The notes under the pieces were generated by a model. It searched no databases, had not been told where the DNA came from, and saw only the letters and a program-made list of their open reading frames with translations. A stretch of 64,000 bases of DNA from a virus (Duplodnaviria > Caudoviricetes). A program made the position numbers and the translations under genes. Of this stretch, positions 47,920-57,458 are shown piece by piece. Within the stretch, counting starts at the first letter, position 1. Every line of letters starts with the position of its first letter. Location: the IMG/VR virus record IMGVR_UViG_3300021400_000128, positions 1-64,000 of that record; one strand, written 5' to 3'.

Positions 47920-48348
47920 TTAGGTATGCCTTTTTTCAACAGGATAAATCTGATGATTCGGGTCTATCCACAAAACTTGAAGTAACGATTCTATTTTTAT
48001 ACACCAAATTCGATATGCAGCATTAACACGAAAAGACCATAGTTCATCTATATCGTCTAAATTGATTTGTGCAATACGTTTTTGTGCGAATTTTGCAAGC
48101 CGATTTACTGCAATCGGATGATCTCTTTTTGAATCTGCTGTGAGTTCTTTCCACCCTCGAAATTCCGTTGACTTTAACATGTCTGCAACATCAGAGAATT
48201 GTAGATCACTTCTCAAACCGGATGGATATTCAATATCAGAATCAAAATATGCAAAACTCCAGAATACCTTATTTTTATCAAAAGACGAACCATTATCTTT
48301 GGGTATTTTTTCTTGTTGCTTATTTGGAAGATTCTTAGCTTTTTTCAT
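47920..48348 (-). CDS. putative toxin (RelE-like) paired with a Panacea antitoxin
   Basis: L.SFR....RI......QVLWIDP.H.IYP; directly downstream of the DUF4065 gene. Confidence 0.6.
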   Translation of the reverse strand: MKKAKNLPNKQQEKIPKDNGSSFDKNKVFWSFAYFDSDIEYPSGLRSDLQFSDVADMLKSTEFRGWKELTADSKRDHPIAVNRLAKFAQKRIAQINLDDIDELWSFRVNAAYRIWCIKIESLLQVLWIDPNHQIYPVEKRHT

Positions 48349-48351
48349 ACG

Positions 48352-48807
48352 TCAATCAAGTAAACTAATTGCACTATAATAATCAGCCATCGAATCCCAT
48401 GATATTTCCTTGTTTCCTCGTTCTGCTGGTGCTAAACCTATCCGCGCAATTCTCCAAGGGTCTTCAGAATGAGATAAATCAATCAACCATTGTGAAGATT
48501 TATCTCCGTAATGTTCAAGAACAGCATCAATAGTCTCTCGTCCAATGGCATCGATATTTTCAATATTTCCATCGAATGTATCTTCTTTTACATAATACAT
48601 ACCGCGATGTTTATAAAAAAGTGCAGGAATAACAGGCCCATTTGCCCATGCTTCGATGCGTTCTTGAAATAGTGGACGATCGTCCCATACAAGAGACCAT
48701 GCTTGACAATAATACGCTAATTTTTCGAGTTTCATAGCAGTTATCTCACCAAGCTTATTTAATATATATTTTGCCACATCAAATACCGTTGCTTTCGATT
48801 GTTCCAT
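48352..48807 (-). CDS. Panacea (DUF4065/SocA-like) antitoxin
   Basis: VFDVAKYIL, MKL.KL.YY.QAW, LF...IEAW.NGPV, L..LSH.E.PW signature. Confidence 0.85.
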   Translation of the reverse strand: MEQSKATVFDVAKYILNKLGEITAMKLEKLAYYCQAWSLVWDDRPLFQERIEAWANGPVIPALFYKHRGMYYVKEDTFDGNIENIDAIGRETIDAVLEHYGDKSSQWLIDLSHSEDPWRIARIGLAPAERGNKEISWDSMADYYSAISLLD

Positions 48808-48943
48808 TGTACACCTACCCACAACATATTTTATATTTCAACTGTTATTATATACAGAATTCATTTGTTTTTTATAGGTAGATTGTAAAAACTATAAACA
48901 AATGTAATAACTTAATAAAATAAAGGACTCGTTATTAAGTCCT

Positions 48944-49246
48944 TTATTTCCTTTTGTACCATTTGTGCCAGTTCTGGATCTCCTTTGCTTCGTCATATTC
49001 ACCGCGTCTGTAGCCATGGAATCCGCGCCTTGCTTTTCGGATATACAGATACTCTTTCAGCGTGAAAATGCTGTACATATCACAGATATCATACGTCTGA
49101 AAGAAACGCTTATGCGCAGCAGGAGCGAGAGTATCATCAAGTTCCATCCGGTCAATTTTGTGCCGAAACATCCTTTTTGCTTTCCGCTTATCTTCTTTGT
49201 GCTTTCGATCACCGCAGTACGGCGTTTTCTTGTATGACCTGCTCAT
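48944..49246 (-). CDS. basic hypothetical protein
   Basis: MSRSYKKTP..DICD..W.KWY.RK; GAGG RBS. Confidence 0.7.
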   Translation of the reverse strand: MSRSYKKTPYCGDRKHKEDKRKAKRMFRHKIDRMELDDTLAPAAHKRFFQTYDICDMYSIFTLKEYLYIRKARRGFHGYRRGEYDEAKEIQNWHKWYKRK

Positions 49247-49304
49247 AGTATCCTCTCTGATTAATTATAACAGGATGCTTACAATGTTTGCGTCTATCGT
49301 TTCG

Positions 49305-49823
49305 TCAACAATTCACTTTATTAGCTTTCCTTGCTTTTTTCATCAAATTACGTGATGGTCTGTAGCCTTTTTCTCTGCAAACATCCAAAATTATCTTAGC
49401 TTCTGCGGGTAAGGTTCCTTCTCTGATGCCGATAGAGCCATGTGTTACAAAAATACTTTGATTATCTTCACTTATATTTAGATCGTGGCATATCTCATGA
49501 TACGTCATTTGTACACTCATACCGTTTTTGATAATTGTATAAGTTCCTCTATGCCGTTTTTTGACAGAAAAAGTACCAGCTAATTTTCTGTAGTAAACCT
49601 GAAGCTGCATTTTTTTGTACTTGTATTGATATAATGGGAAATCTTCCGGGCTTACCAACATTTTTCCATCTTCGGTGAATATTCCCTTGCCGGTTTCATC
49701 TGTGTGACATTTTTGTTTTGACAGGATTCTTATACCAAGATCTAATTGTTCATATTTAATCAACGTCCAGCTGTATATAGAACCTTCTTCTTTAAAATCA
49801 TTTATTACGTATTTTATATTCAT
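49305..49823 (-). CDS. hypothetical protein
   Basis: 172-aa ORF in an accessory operon. Confidence 0.6.
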   Translation of the reverse strand: MNIKYVINDFKEEGSIYSWTLIKYEQLDLGIRILSKQKCHTDETGKGIFTEDGKMLVSPEDFPLYQYKYKKMQLQVYYRKLAGTFSVKKRHRGTYTIIKNGMSVQMTYHEICHDLNISEDNQSIFVTHGSIGIREGTLPAEAKIILDVCREKGYRPSRNLMKKARKANKVNC

Positions 49824-49850
49824 GTTATTCTTTTTTGATGTGTTCTCTGT

Positions 49851-50204
49851 TCAACAATCGCTAATCAAATCCAGATCCGCTCCACGATAATCAACAAAAA
49901 CACCATTTGCCGATAAAACTTCTCTATTCGCTTTGATGAAACTCACAAAGCGAATAGCAGATTCATAAGCATCCCGTATATCCTGAATTTCCCAACCGTT
50001 GAATAAATTATCACCTGGCTCCTCTTCGCCGTTTTCAATTTTTTGGTTGTTTTTTTCTATCGTTTCATAAGCTGATTTAGTCCACGCTGCAACATTGGAT
50101 AACGCAGAGAGCATCATTCTCCTCCGTTTGTCAACTTTGTGGTAGTTGTGTATTTTACGGATTTCTTCTTCATCACGAGCGAAACCAAATTCATCCACTA
50201 TCAT
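49851..50204 (-). CDS. hypothetical protein
   Basis: 117-aa coupled ORF. Confidence 0.6.
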   Translation of the reverse strand: MIVDEFGFARDEEEIRKIHNYHKVDKRRRMMLSALSNVAAWTKSAYETIEKNNQKIENGEEEPGDNLFNGWEIQDIRDAYESAIRFVSFIKANREVLSANGVFVDYRGADLDLISDC

Positions 50205-50205
50205 C

Positions 50206-50820
50206 TCATTTCCCTTCTTTCAAAATATCAAGAGCCCATTCATATGCTTCAGCCGTTACACGATCCGGGATATACCCTTCACCACCTTCATTAACCACAT
50301 TGTTCAAATTTTCTTGCCAGAGTTTCACTTCTTTTTCTGTCAGCAATTTTCCGTTCATTGCAATTTCTTTTTCAGCTTTCGCAATGATGGATTTTGCAGC
50401 CCTGATATGGGACGCTTTGTTTTCCGCTTCGTCTTTTGCAATTACTTCTGCTATCTCTTCTGTCTGACCTTCAGCGATAACTTCTTCAAAAAATTTTTCA
50501 ACATTTGTAATAATTTCAGGATCGGTCAGTACAACATTTAGTCCTTCGATTTTTTTGCTTCCTTCCGGGAATACTTCTTTTGACCCAGTTTGAAACAATC
50601 TCCGATATTCACGTGCACTCCAAAGCTTCAGTCCGCAGCCGATGTTTTCTTCATGTTTCACACCGTCAACAAAAATCGCAATGTAATTGTGATTTACTAA
50701 TCTTTTTCCAATGGTGACAATATAACCATCAGAATCTATTGTTTCATCTTGAAGAAAGACATTGTATTCTGCTTCGATTTTGTATTGATGCCCATTTTTC
50801 GTCCATTCAAATGTTTTCAT
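50206..50820 (-). CDS. hypothetical protein
   Basis: Likely start MKTFEW after GAGGTG; C-terminal N.V.NEGGEGYIP motif. Confidence 0.7.
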   Translation of the reverse strand: MKTFEWTKNGHQYKIEAEYNVFLQDETIDSDGYIVTIGKRLVNHNYIAIFVDGVKHEENIGCGLKLWSAREYRRLFQTGSKEVFPEGSKKIEGLNVVLTDPEIITNVEKFFEEVIAEGQTEEIAEVIAKDEAENKASHIRAAKSIIAKAEKEIAMNGKLLTEKEVKLWQENLNNVVNEGGEGYIPDRVTAEAYEWALDILKEGK

Positions 50821-50896
50821 ATTATCACCTCGTTCCATCAGCTATCTTTAATTATTCACAAATGCGGTCATTTGCAAAGTGTATTCGTCAAATTAC

Positions 50897-51325
50897 TCAC
50901 CAATTAAGAACTAAACTCCGCTCCGGGGTGAATCCCTGATCGATAATGTTCTGCGTCCAGGTTTGCAAGAATTGATCGCCATCATGGAGCCAAGTGGACA
51001 AATAGCTGATTCTGCCGTTCTGGTTTCTGAAATACTCAACATTCATTCCCATGTAATCATTTCTGAAAGACAGAGGAAGAATCGATTTTTCAGCTTCGTT
51101 GACACTAAATGTTATTTCAGGATCACGCATTGCATCGCCATTCATTTCACCATAATGAGCAATGCTGTACACAGGGTTTCCCTCAAAGTCGTTGTAGCCG
51201 ATGTTTTCAATTACCAGATCCATGTACCCGTTTGCCGTGAATTTAGCATATCCGCCGTTTTCATTGACCTTTTCGATGAAAGGAATCAGTCTTTTATAAT
51301 TGGTTTTGCCACTCTTGATTTTCAT
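50897..51325 (-). CDS. DUF6908/DUF1249-like protein
   Basis: GYMDL.IE, SIAHY...NGD.MRDPE, FL..W..NI..QG. Confidence 0.7.
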   Translation of the reverse strand: MKIKSGKTNYKRLIPFIEKVNENGGYAKFTANGYMDLVIENIGYNDFEGNPVYSIAHYGEMNGDAMRDPEITFSVNEAEKSILPLSFRNDYMGMNVEYFRNQNGRISYLSTWLHDGDQFLQTWTQNIIDQGFTPERSLVLNW

Positions 51326-51469
51326 GATTACTCCTTTTCTTCTTGACTGTAATGTACTGACAGCGATTCTTTTTTACATCAATCGACTTAATTCATCAGT
51401 GGTCAAAATTCCATAATTGTATTTGCATTTAAATTCAGCCTTGAACCGAACTTATTAGCAACAGAAAAG

Positions 51470-52510
51470 TCATATTTTTTTTACTTCTTCTTTTCCTTCA
51501 ACGACCTCTCGGTTTACCATTTCGACAAATTTTTCTATCTCTTTGTAATCCGGTTTTTCCGGCAGGTCAGATTTCTTCGCTGCCTTATTCATGTTTGAGT
51601 CAAGCTCATTCACCATCTCAAAGAACTCTGGAATAAGCAGTCCTTTTTCGTTCATATACTTCCCGTTACGGATATCCATCAATAAGTCATGGTCAGCTAC
51701 CCTGTGAGTGTGCATTGTGCCCGTTTCAAACAGTTCAGTACACATCTTCAGCAGTCTGACAAGGTGCATAGCATGCTTGTTGACCTTGTTATGAGTAATT
51801 GCATCTGCTGCGCGGCGGCCAATCTTACTGTAGTCCTTTACGATGTTGTTCATCTCGGACCACATACACTTGTAATCCCGCAGCGGATAATGATGCAGGT
51901 TGACGTCCATAAAAATCTCAGTTGACATACCATCTTGTACGGCTTTATCGACGTACAGTCTGATTGCGTCTTCCGGATAGTCAAAGAACTTCTCGTGGAA
52001 GGAAAACTCTGCGTTCTGAACCGAACGAAGGATGTGAACTTCCTGCTGTTCCTGATCAAGCGTGCGTGCTGTTTTGTTGTCCAGGCGTGATAACTGTGAT
52101 CGCGCATATCCACCGAAAGTATGGAGAATTCGCTTTGAGATAAACATGTTCCTTTTCCGCAACAGCATTACACCGATCCGGTTTGCAATGATATATTGAT
52201 CAGGATCAAGGAACAATAACTCAAGCACATTTGGGTTTGCTTCGGTAAGCAGCTTGACAACTTTATTGAACGAATAAATCACAGTGTCAGTCTGATTGTC
52301 AACAACTTGCTCAAAAGGCTTCCCCAGCAGGATTTCGGACGCAGAATTCAATGCGATACCCCTGATGTCAATGTCTGAGCCTTCGACATTTGTACCGTAG
52401 GCATAAGATCCACCGGGACACAGAAGGATAATGTTATCCCCAAGCGGTTCTGCTTTAAGGAAGTCGTATTCTTTTTGCTGTAAAAGTTTTTCGAAATTTT
52501 CTTTATACAT
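51470..52510 (-). CDS. Pol-beta-type nucleotidyltransferase (YcgL/RlaP-like)
   Basis: GGSYAYGT...SD.DIRG, NPN.LE.L, F.GYA..Q, KHAMHL.RL, L..IR.G, LP..PD. Confidence 0.8.
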   Translation of the reverse strand: MYKENFEKLLQQKEYDFLKAEPLGDNIILLCPGGSYAYGTNVEGSDIDIRGIALNSASEILLGKPFEQVVDNQTDTVIYSFNKVVKLLTEANPNVLELLFLDPDQYIIANRIGVMLLRKRNMFISKRILHTFGGYARSQLSRLDNKTARTLDQEQQEVHILRSVQNAEFSFHEKFFDYPEDAIRLYVDKAVQDGMSTEIFMDVNLHHYPLRDYKCMWSEMNNIVKDYSKIGRRAADAITHNKVNKHAMHLVRLLKMCTELFETGTMHTHRVADHDLLMDIRNGKYMNEKGLLIPEFFEMVNELDSNMNKAAKKSDLPEKPDYKEIEKFVEMVNREVVEGKEEVKKI

Positions 52511-52524
52511 ATTACTCCTTTCGG

Positions 52525-52740
52525 TTATAGAACAAGTCTGCTGCTGCCACCGGAAATTTCATCGACCACATCCCAGTCTGTCAACGTAGATTCTGGAATC
52601 GTCTTGCCTTTTCCTGCTGCATCGTTAATAGTTTCAAAATAGAGAAAGATTTCTCCTTTTACATTTTGAGTGAAAAACCTTTTGATACGAATTCCGTTCA
52701 GTTTTTTATCTTTATCAATTGTTCGCAGCATCATAGCCAT
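52525..52740 (-). CDS. hypothetical protein
   Basis: Likely start MAMMLR after AGGAG. Confidence 0.5.
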   Translation of the reverse strand: MAMMLRTIDKDKKLNGIRIKRFFTQNVKGEIFLYFETINDAAGKGKTIPESTLTDWDVVDEISGGSSRLVL

Positions 52741-52965
52741 TTTTCTTCTCCTTATTCTTCTTTTTTGCAAATCAAAAGAGCCTCTTTTGGCAAAGACTCT
52801 TTTGATTAAATGGTTAAACAACTACCCTTTTTTCTTTGCTTCGACCATACGTTCGACGATCCAGGTGGCAGAATTGATCTTCAACTTGCTACTGGAAATT
52901 TCTTCGACCACATCCCAGTCAATGTAGATTCGGGGATGTCTTTCTATTTCATTTCTCACCTCCCA

Positions 52966-53406
52966 TTAGATACAGGAAACAAGCGCGAACACTTTTTCGA
53001 TTTTCGCCGTCAACTCAGCGTTCTTATCCTGAAGTTCGTGTTTCTGCTTTTCGTACAGGTCAAGCATGAATTTCAGGCTTTCGATTTCGGTTTCGAGATC
53101 ATCAACCTTCTGACGAAGAGCAATGTTATCCTCAGCGATACCGCGAAATTTCCAGTACAGTTCTGAGAACCAGACGTTCACGGTCTTACCAGTGGAAAGG
53201 TTGATCTCAAACCGATCATTCAGGTCGCAGATATAGTCATAATAATGACCTTCAGCAGTTGACCGGTAAATCGGATATCCGGCTCTCTGTGAGCACTCCT
53301 CATCCTTGCTGTAATCAGTTGGGAAAATCTGATCGACGATAGCCCAGGCTTCCTTGCGGCTGTTAACTTCAATGCGGGTTTTGGGTGTGGCGATGGCAGT
53401 GTTCAT
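52966..53406 (-). CDS. hypothetical protein with C-terminal coiled coil
   Basis: First gene after a class A promoter; GGAGG RBS; AW...IFPTDY..D...S.RAGYPIY..YICDL..R.E.N. Confidence 0.75.
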   Translation of the reverse strand: MNTAIATPKTRIEVNSRKEAWAIVDQIFPTDYSKDEECSQRAGYPIYRSTAEGHYYDYICDLNDRFEINLSTGKTVNVWFSELYWKFRGIAEDNIALRQKVDDLETEIESLKFMLDLYEKQKHELQDKNAELTAKIEKVFALVSCI

Positions 53407-53409
53407 AAG

Positions 53410-53504
53410 ACCTCCGTGATTCAAATTTGTTTAATCAACTTACATTTATTATTATATTAGTTTTTATATATTTGTCAATGTCTATTATTATTTTTATTAC
53501 ATTG
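53410..53504 (-). promoter_or_regulatory. class A promoter cassette
   Basis: AATGTAATAAAAA..TTGACA-16-TATAAT..TGTAAGTTGA..TTTGAATCACGGAGG. Confidence 0.8.
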
Positions 53505-53777
53505 AAATTATTATTTTCGTGGCATTAGGAAAATGATTTTATTGGAGCGTTTTTTATCTTTTATAGCGCATCAGGATTAAATATTTCAGGCTTTTGTTAT
53601 TGAAATGTAAAGTAGTTAGGATAATAAAGAAAAACCCCACAGATTCACACTGCGGGGCTAATTTCAATGTCTTTTTGTCATTTGGATTATTAACCATGCA
53701 ATAATAAAGAGAAATCCATAGATCAACATTGATTTATATAATCCAAACAAAAAATTAACGGTTTGGCTGCTCATAGG

Positions 53778-54104
53778 TCAATCTTCATACAGAACTTTCA
53801 ATCCATAGGACTTGGCGATGAAATGCTCCGCCTGACATCCCCTGGCTTTATCCCATCCACGGCAGAAGTACACGGTATCGACTTTACTCATCGCTTCAAT
53901 AGACTTACCGAGAAAATAGACCGCATTGTGTTGTACGCCCTGTTTCACAAGTTCAGAGTTTTCATATTCTTTGTCGTTAAAAAACGTATTTTCTACGGTA
54001 AATCCATTTTTTTGCAACCACTGAAAAGCTTTGTTCCGTGTCTCAATAATTTCAGCTGAGCTCTTACCGTTCATCGGTTGACTAATCATTGCTCTTTTTG
54101 TCAT
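53778..54104 (-). CDS. DUF4406-like protein
   Basis: ISQPMNGK, L..SIE.M...D.VYF..GW..ARGC..EH..A..YGL. Confidence 0.7.
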   Translation of the reverse strand: MTKRAMISQPMNGKSSAEIIETRNKAFQWLQKNGFTVENTFFNDKEYENSELVKQGVQHNAVYFLGKSIEAMSKVDTVYFCRGWDKARGCQAEHFIAKSYGLKVLYED

Positions 54105-54744
54105 TTCTTTCCTCCCTTTTACGCTTACTCAGATTCATCAGACTGTTCACGAGATTATTCTCCATCGTCTGTTCATTTTCTTTCTTTGGTAATGCAAAGG
54201 TCTTTTGTCCTTTCTGGATCCGTTTCTTTTCTGATTTTGGCATGTCGCTTGTAATTTTTGTTTGTCTCATACCGACGACATAATTCATGGATGTAGAATC
54301 ACTCATCATCAAACCTTCAAACAAAACAAGAAACTCCCACCAGTGCATATACTCAATTTCCTGTAACCGAATATGATAAAAGGATAAAAATGAACAATAA
54401 ATAAATTTCGCATCGAAAATAAAATCAAAATATGCCGGTTTGGGATGCTCTTTGTTCTTTTGCTTTTCCTTTTTTCTTGCGTCATTCTCTGCTTCAGGAA
54501 ATCCAGAATAGAATTGCAGCAGTGCGCTCAAAAAATCATCTGCATAGATATACTCCTTCGGGTACTCTTTTACAACAAGATCGCAAATTTCTTTAAATGC
54601 TTCGTTTTGGTCTTTGGCAACAGACAAATTCTGGATCATGTATCCTGCTTGTATCCATATCCGAAAGTCTGTATAAATATCAAATGGAATGCCATTTACC
54701 GTAATGGCATCTGGCATCCCATCTGTCAGAATATTCTTCAGCAT
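54082..54744 (-). CDS. Gp15-like tail assembly protein
   Basis: P....V.G....I.TDFR.WI, FDF..DA..IY..F...Y.I.L....MHWWEF..LF.GL. Confidence 0.8.
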   Translation of the reverse strand: MLKNILTDGMPDAITVNGIPFDIYTDFRIWIQAGYMIQNLSVAKDQNEAFKEICDLVVKEYPKEYIYADDFLSALLQFYSGFPEAENDARKKEKQKNKEHPKPAYFDFIFDAKFIYCSFLSFYHIRLQEIEYMHWWEFLVLFEGLMMSDSTSMNYVVGMRQTKITSDMPKSEKKRIQKGQKTFALPKKENEQTMENNLVNSLMNLSKRKREERNDKKSND

Positions 54745-54750
54745 TGCTTA

Positions 54751-55143
54751 TCAGCGTCGTGCGCGTCGATTGGTACGGTCAATCATGTCAATGACAGGCT
54801 TAGACCGTTCAGCAAGTTTGTCCATCTTCTTCAGAGTATCTTCATATTCCTGATCGCGGATTTCCTGATATTCAGCCTGATATGCTTCATCAATTGCTTT
54901 GGCAACACGATACATCCAGGTCAGGTTTTCTTTTTTACCATTCGGGAATACCTTCTTCACAGCTTCTTCACCGAGCAGAATCTTCACAAGGTTGTAGCTT
55001 GCTTCGTATGAAGTCATGTTGTCCAGATTGTCATTATGAGCTTGGAGCTTTTCGTCGATCTCGGCTGTACGCTCTGCCACCTCATATTCTTCCCCACCGA
55101 TACGAACAAAGATTTTTTTAGGTTCGTAACTTAAATCAATCAT
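54751..55143 (-). CDS. tail assembly chaperone
   Basis: Position after the major tail protein; ends NRRARR; GGAGG RBS. Confidence 0.75.
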   Translation of the reverse strand: MIDLSYEPKKIFVRIGGEEYEVAERTAEIDEKLQAHNDNLDNMTSYEASYNLVKILLGEEAVKKVFPNGKKENLTWMYRVAKAIDEAYQAEYQEIRDQEYEDTLKKMDKLAERSKPVIDMIDRTNRRARR

Positions 55144-55157
55144 CCTTATCCTCCGTT

Positions 55158-55230
55158 TCTTAAACAAAAAAAGACAGTCATTATTTGACTGCCTTCTTAG
55201 GGTCTTGATGTCTATTTCTTATTTTACCAT
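55158..55230 (-). promoter_or_regulatory. class B promoter + leader terminator (before tail chaperone)
   Basis: TGGTAAAAT, then AGACCCTAAGAAGGCAGTCA-AATAA-TGACTGTCTTTTTTTGTTTAAG. Confidence 0.8.
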
Positions 55231-55264
55231 AAAAAATTTCTATTTTATTTTTTTTGACAAGAAT

Positions 55265-55296
55265 AAAAAACCGGAGTATATCACTCCGGTTATTTG
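55265..55296 (-). terminator. terminator after the major tail gene
   Basis: AACCGGAGT..ACTCCGGTTTTTT. Confidence 0.65.
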
Positions 55297-55318
55297 TTGG
55301 TTTACTTTGGTTATCTGA

Positions 55319-56107
55319 TTAACCAGCGGTGCCGTTCTGCACAGAGCCAAATCCTTTAACGTAGTTTGCGTTGGAAACTTCCGCAATTGCAAGATATTTT
55401 CCAGAAGCAACTTCAAGTTGATCTGCTCCATCCCAAAATTCCCATCCTTCAACAACACGTTCATTGTAATCAGGAGCTTCAGGCTGTGCATCGAAAACTT
55501 TCCACAGGTATTTATTGTTCTGCGCAGGGTTCGGATTAACATCAACCTTTACCTTACCACTTTCACCAGCTTTAATTGTGATTGTCAGATTTTTAACAAC
55601 CTTTTCAGGCAGTTCACCGTCATCATCAAACTCAAGCGTTTCAAGATTGAAAGTTCCATCAATGAACTTACCGACAACATTCAGATTACCGGACATAGTA
55701 AGTGTTTCACCGCCGCCGCCTTGAATATCAGTCACTTCTACAGCACAAGTGAAAAGACGTGCAGGAACAATTGTAGTAATCGGAGTACCGTCTTCTTCGA
55801 TCTTGAAATCAGTACGCAGATATTCAACCAGAGCATTAGAACCGACTTTACGGTTGCGTCCGATTTCATAAATGGTCATGATTGCTTCCTGATCATTCCA
55901 TACATCAGTATCAAAAGCAAAGCTTGATTCATAACGAGTGATGGAAGGTGATGCTTCGTCCTCATGAATGTACACTTTGCTTTCTACCTGTGCATTCGGG
56001 CTTTCATCGAGACTGTTGAAACCAGTTCCGCAGAGTGCCCATACTTTATTTGCTTTCGTGCCGATATTCAGATAATCGGCAACTGCGCTTCGGGTAAGTA
56101 ATGCCAT
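55319..56107 (-). CDS. major tail (tube) protein with C-terminal extension
   Basis: G.GF.SLDE.PNAQ....YI, ..GGGE....G.L..VG....GTF motifs. Confidence 0.85.
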   Translation of the reverse strand: MALLTRSAVADYLNIGTKANKVWALCGTGFNSLDESPNAQVESKVYIHEDEASPSITRYESSFAFDTDVWNDQEAIMTIYEIGRNRKVGSNALVEYLRTDFKIEEDGTPITTIVPARLFTCAVEVTDIQGGGGETLTMSGNLNVVGKFIDGTFNLETLEFDDDGELPEKVVKNLTITIKAGESGKVKVDVNPNPAQNNKYLWKVFDAQPEAPDYNERVVEGWEFWDGADQLEVASGKYLAIAEVSNANYVKGFGSVQNGTAG

Positions 56108-56129
56108 CTGTACCTTCTCCTTTTCCTAT

Positions 56130-56204
56130 GACTTAAAACAAAAAGAAGGCAAATCCTTTTATGGACTGCCTTCTTAGGGTCTTATCCTTTTCTTATTATA
56201 ACAT
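56130..56204 (-). promoter_or_regulatory. class B promoter + leader terminator (before major tail protein)
   Basis: TGTTATAAT, then AGACCCTAAGAAGGCAGTCC..GGATTTGCCTTCTTTTTGTTTTAAGTC. Confidence 0.8.
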
Positions 56205-56267
56205 ATTTAGTTACTGTTTTACATCTTTACTCATACAATGCACTATATTTATATATTTATTAATAGT

Positions 56268-56705
56268 TTATCGTTTCGGCTCCAGATATGTGATCCGACA
56301 ACCGAACAAATATTTAGCCACAGTGTCATCCATTCCTGATATAGCTGGCATGTTCGGCATATTTTCGACCTTTACCACAACGCATCCTTTGAAATAAGGA
56401 TAGTTCTTTTTTTCTTCCTGTTCTTCTATCCATTCCATAAGCTTTTCAGCATCAAACATGATTTCCGCATTCTCTTCACTGTTCACATCCACGGTATTCA
56501 GCGGCATATATTGAATTAAAGAAAAGTCATACGCTTTCAGTTTATCGCCGTTCAGATACACCTTCAGCGCATCGGAAGCGGGGTTTGTCGCAATAGTGAT
56601 ATTGCCATTCTGTGTATCTGAAAAATTAAAGAACAGCCGTTTAATATCTTCATTTTGATATAGCCATTGCCAGACTGCTAAATGTTTGTTCTTACCTTCA
56701 GCCAT
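56268..56705 (-). CDS. tail terminator / completion protein
   Basis: Synteny; W..EQ..KKNYP.F, A.Y.....ITY motif. Confidence 0.7.
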   Translation of the reverse strand: MAEGKNKHLAVWQWLYQNEDIKRLFFNFSDTQNGNITIATNPASDALKVYLNGDKLKAYDFSLIQYMPLNTVDVNSEENAEIMFDAEKLMEWIEEQEEKKNYPYFKGCVVVKVENMPNMPAISGMDDTVAKYLFGCRITYLEPKR

Positions 56706-56707
56706 AT

Positions 56708-57046
56708 TTAATTCAGATCCATCCCATCAATAAAATTCTGCATTTCCTGAACAAAGTAATCTTTCACCGAGGGCATCGCCACCTCATTCCACTTCGCTGT
56801 AGCTAAAGGGTGTTTATCTTTTCTGAAATTCATTCTCAGGTTGTTGTACACTTTATTCGCATATGGGGCGTTATAGATCACGGCATACGGTCTTATTGTT
56901 ACATCGTTGCAAAGCCGTCCGGTATTGTAAGGAATGTAAGGTTCAACGAGCTTTCGCCACGTTTCAGCTGCATGCTTTCCGATTTCCTGATTACCTTTTA
57001 CTTTGCTGATTATTGCATTCTTATCGAAATTTTTTACAAGGGGCAT
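56708..57046 (-). CDS. minor capsid / head-tail joining protein
   Basis: PYIP..TG.L, Y.APYA, HPLA..KW.E motif. Confidence 0.75.
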   Translation of the reverse strand: MPLVKNFDKNAIISKVKGNQEIGKHAAETWRKLVEPYIPYNTGRLCNDVTIRPYAVIYNAPYANKVYNNLRMNFRKDKHPLATAKWNEVAMPSVKDYFVQEMQNFIDGMDLN

Positions 57047-57047
57047 A

Positions 57048-57458
57048 TTAGTGTCCTGTTACTTTCAGATGCGCTGTCTGGGTTAATTTTGTATCGTCAG
57101 AAACACCTTCTACGGTAAAACATTTTCCGGCGTACTTTGTTTTGATATCAGATAATCGTGTTCCGTTTCCAACCTCGTCAGTGATTTCACCTTTCACGAT
57201 CAGGTCTTCAGAAGCGACCTCTGCTTCATACTCAGCAGGGATTCTGACAACATACCGCTCTCCTGTAACAAATGAGTTATTTGATACGGATATCGTTTGT
57301 ACTCTATTAAAAAAACAATCTTCGTAAACAGAGCGATTGTAGCTTGTCTTAGGTCGTCCGTACTCATCTTCTATCTCTGCCCGATGATAGATTGTGATCT
57401 TATCATTCCATACAAGATTTCTATAATGACTTCTCATCTCAGGCTCCCTAAACTGCAT
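57048..57458 (-). CDS. head closure protein
   Basis: ITIY, VRIP, DLIVKGE, H.KV.G; synteny; start uncertain. Confidence 0.7.
   Translation of the reverse strand: MQFREPEMRSHYRNLVWNDKITIYHRAEIEDEYGRPKTSYNRSVYEDCFFNRVQTISVSNNSFVTGERYVVRIPAEYEAEVASEDLIVKGEITDEVGNGTRLSDIKTKYAGKCFTVEGVSDDTKLTQTAHLKVTGH

Noticed and set aside
52940-52965. TAG stop-codon recoding (strong RBS followed by ATG AAA TAG)
   Set aside because: Long genes are intact under the standard code, several end in TAG, and there is no suppressor tRNA.
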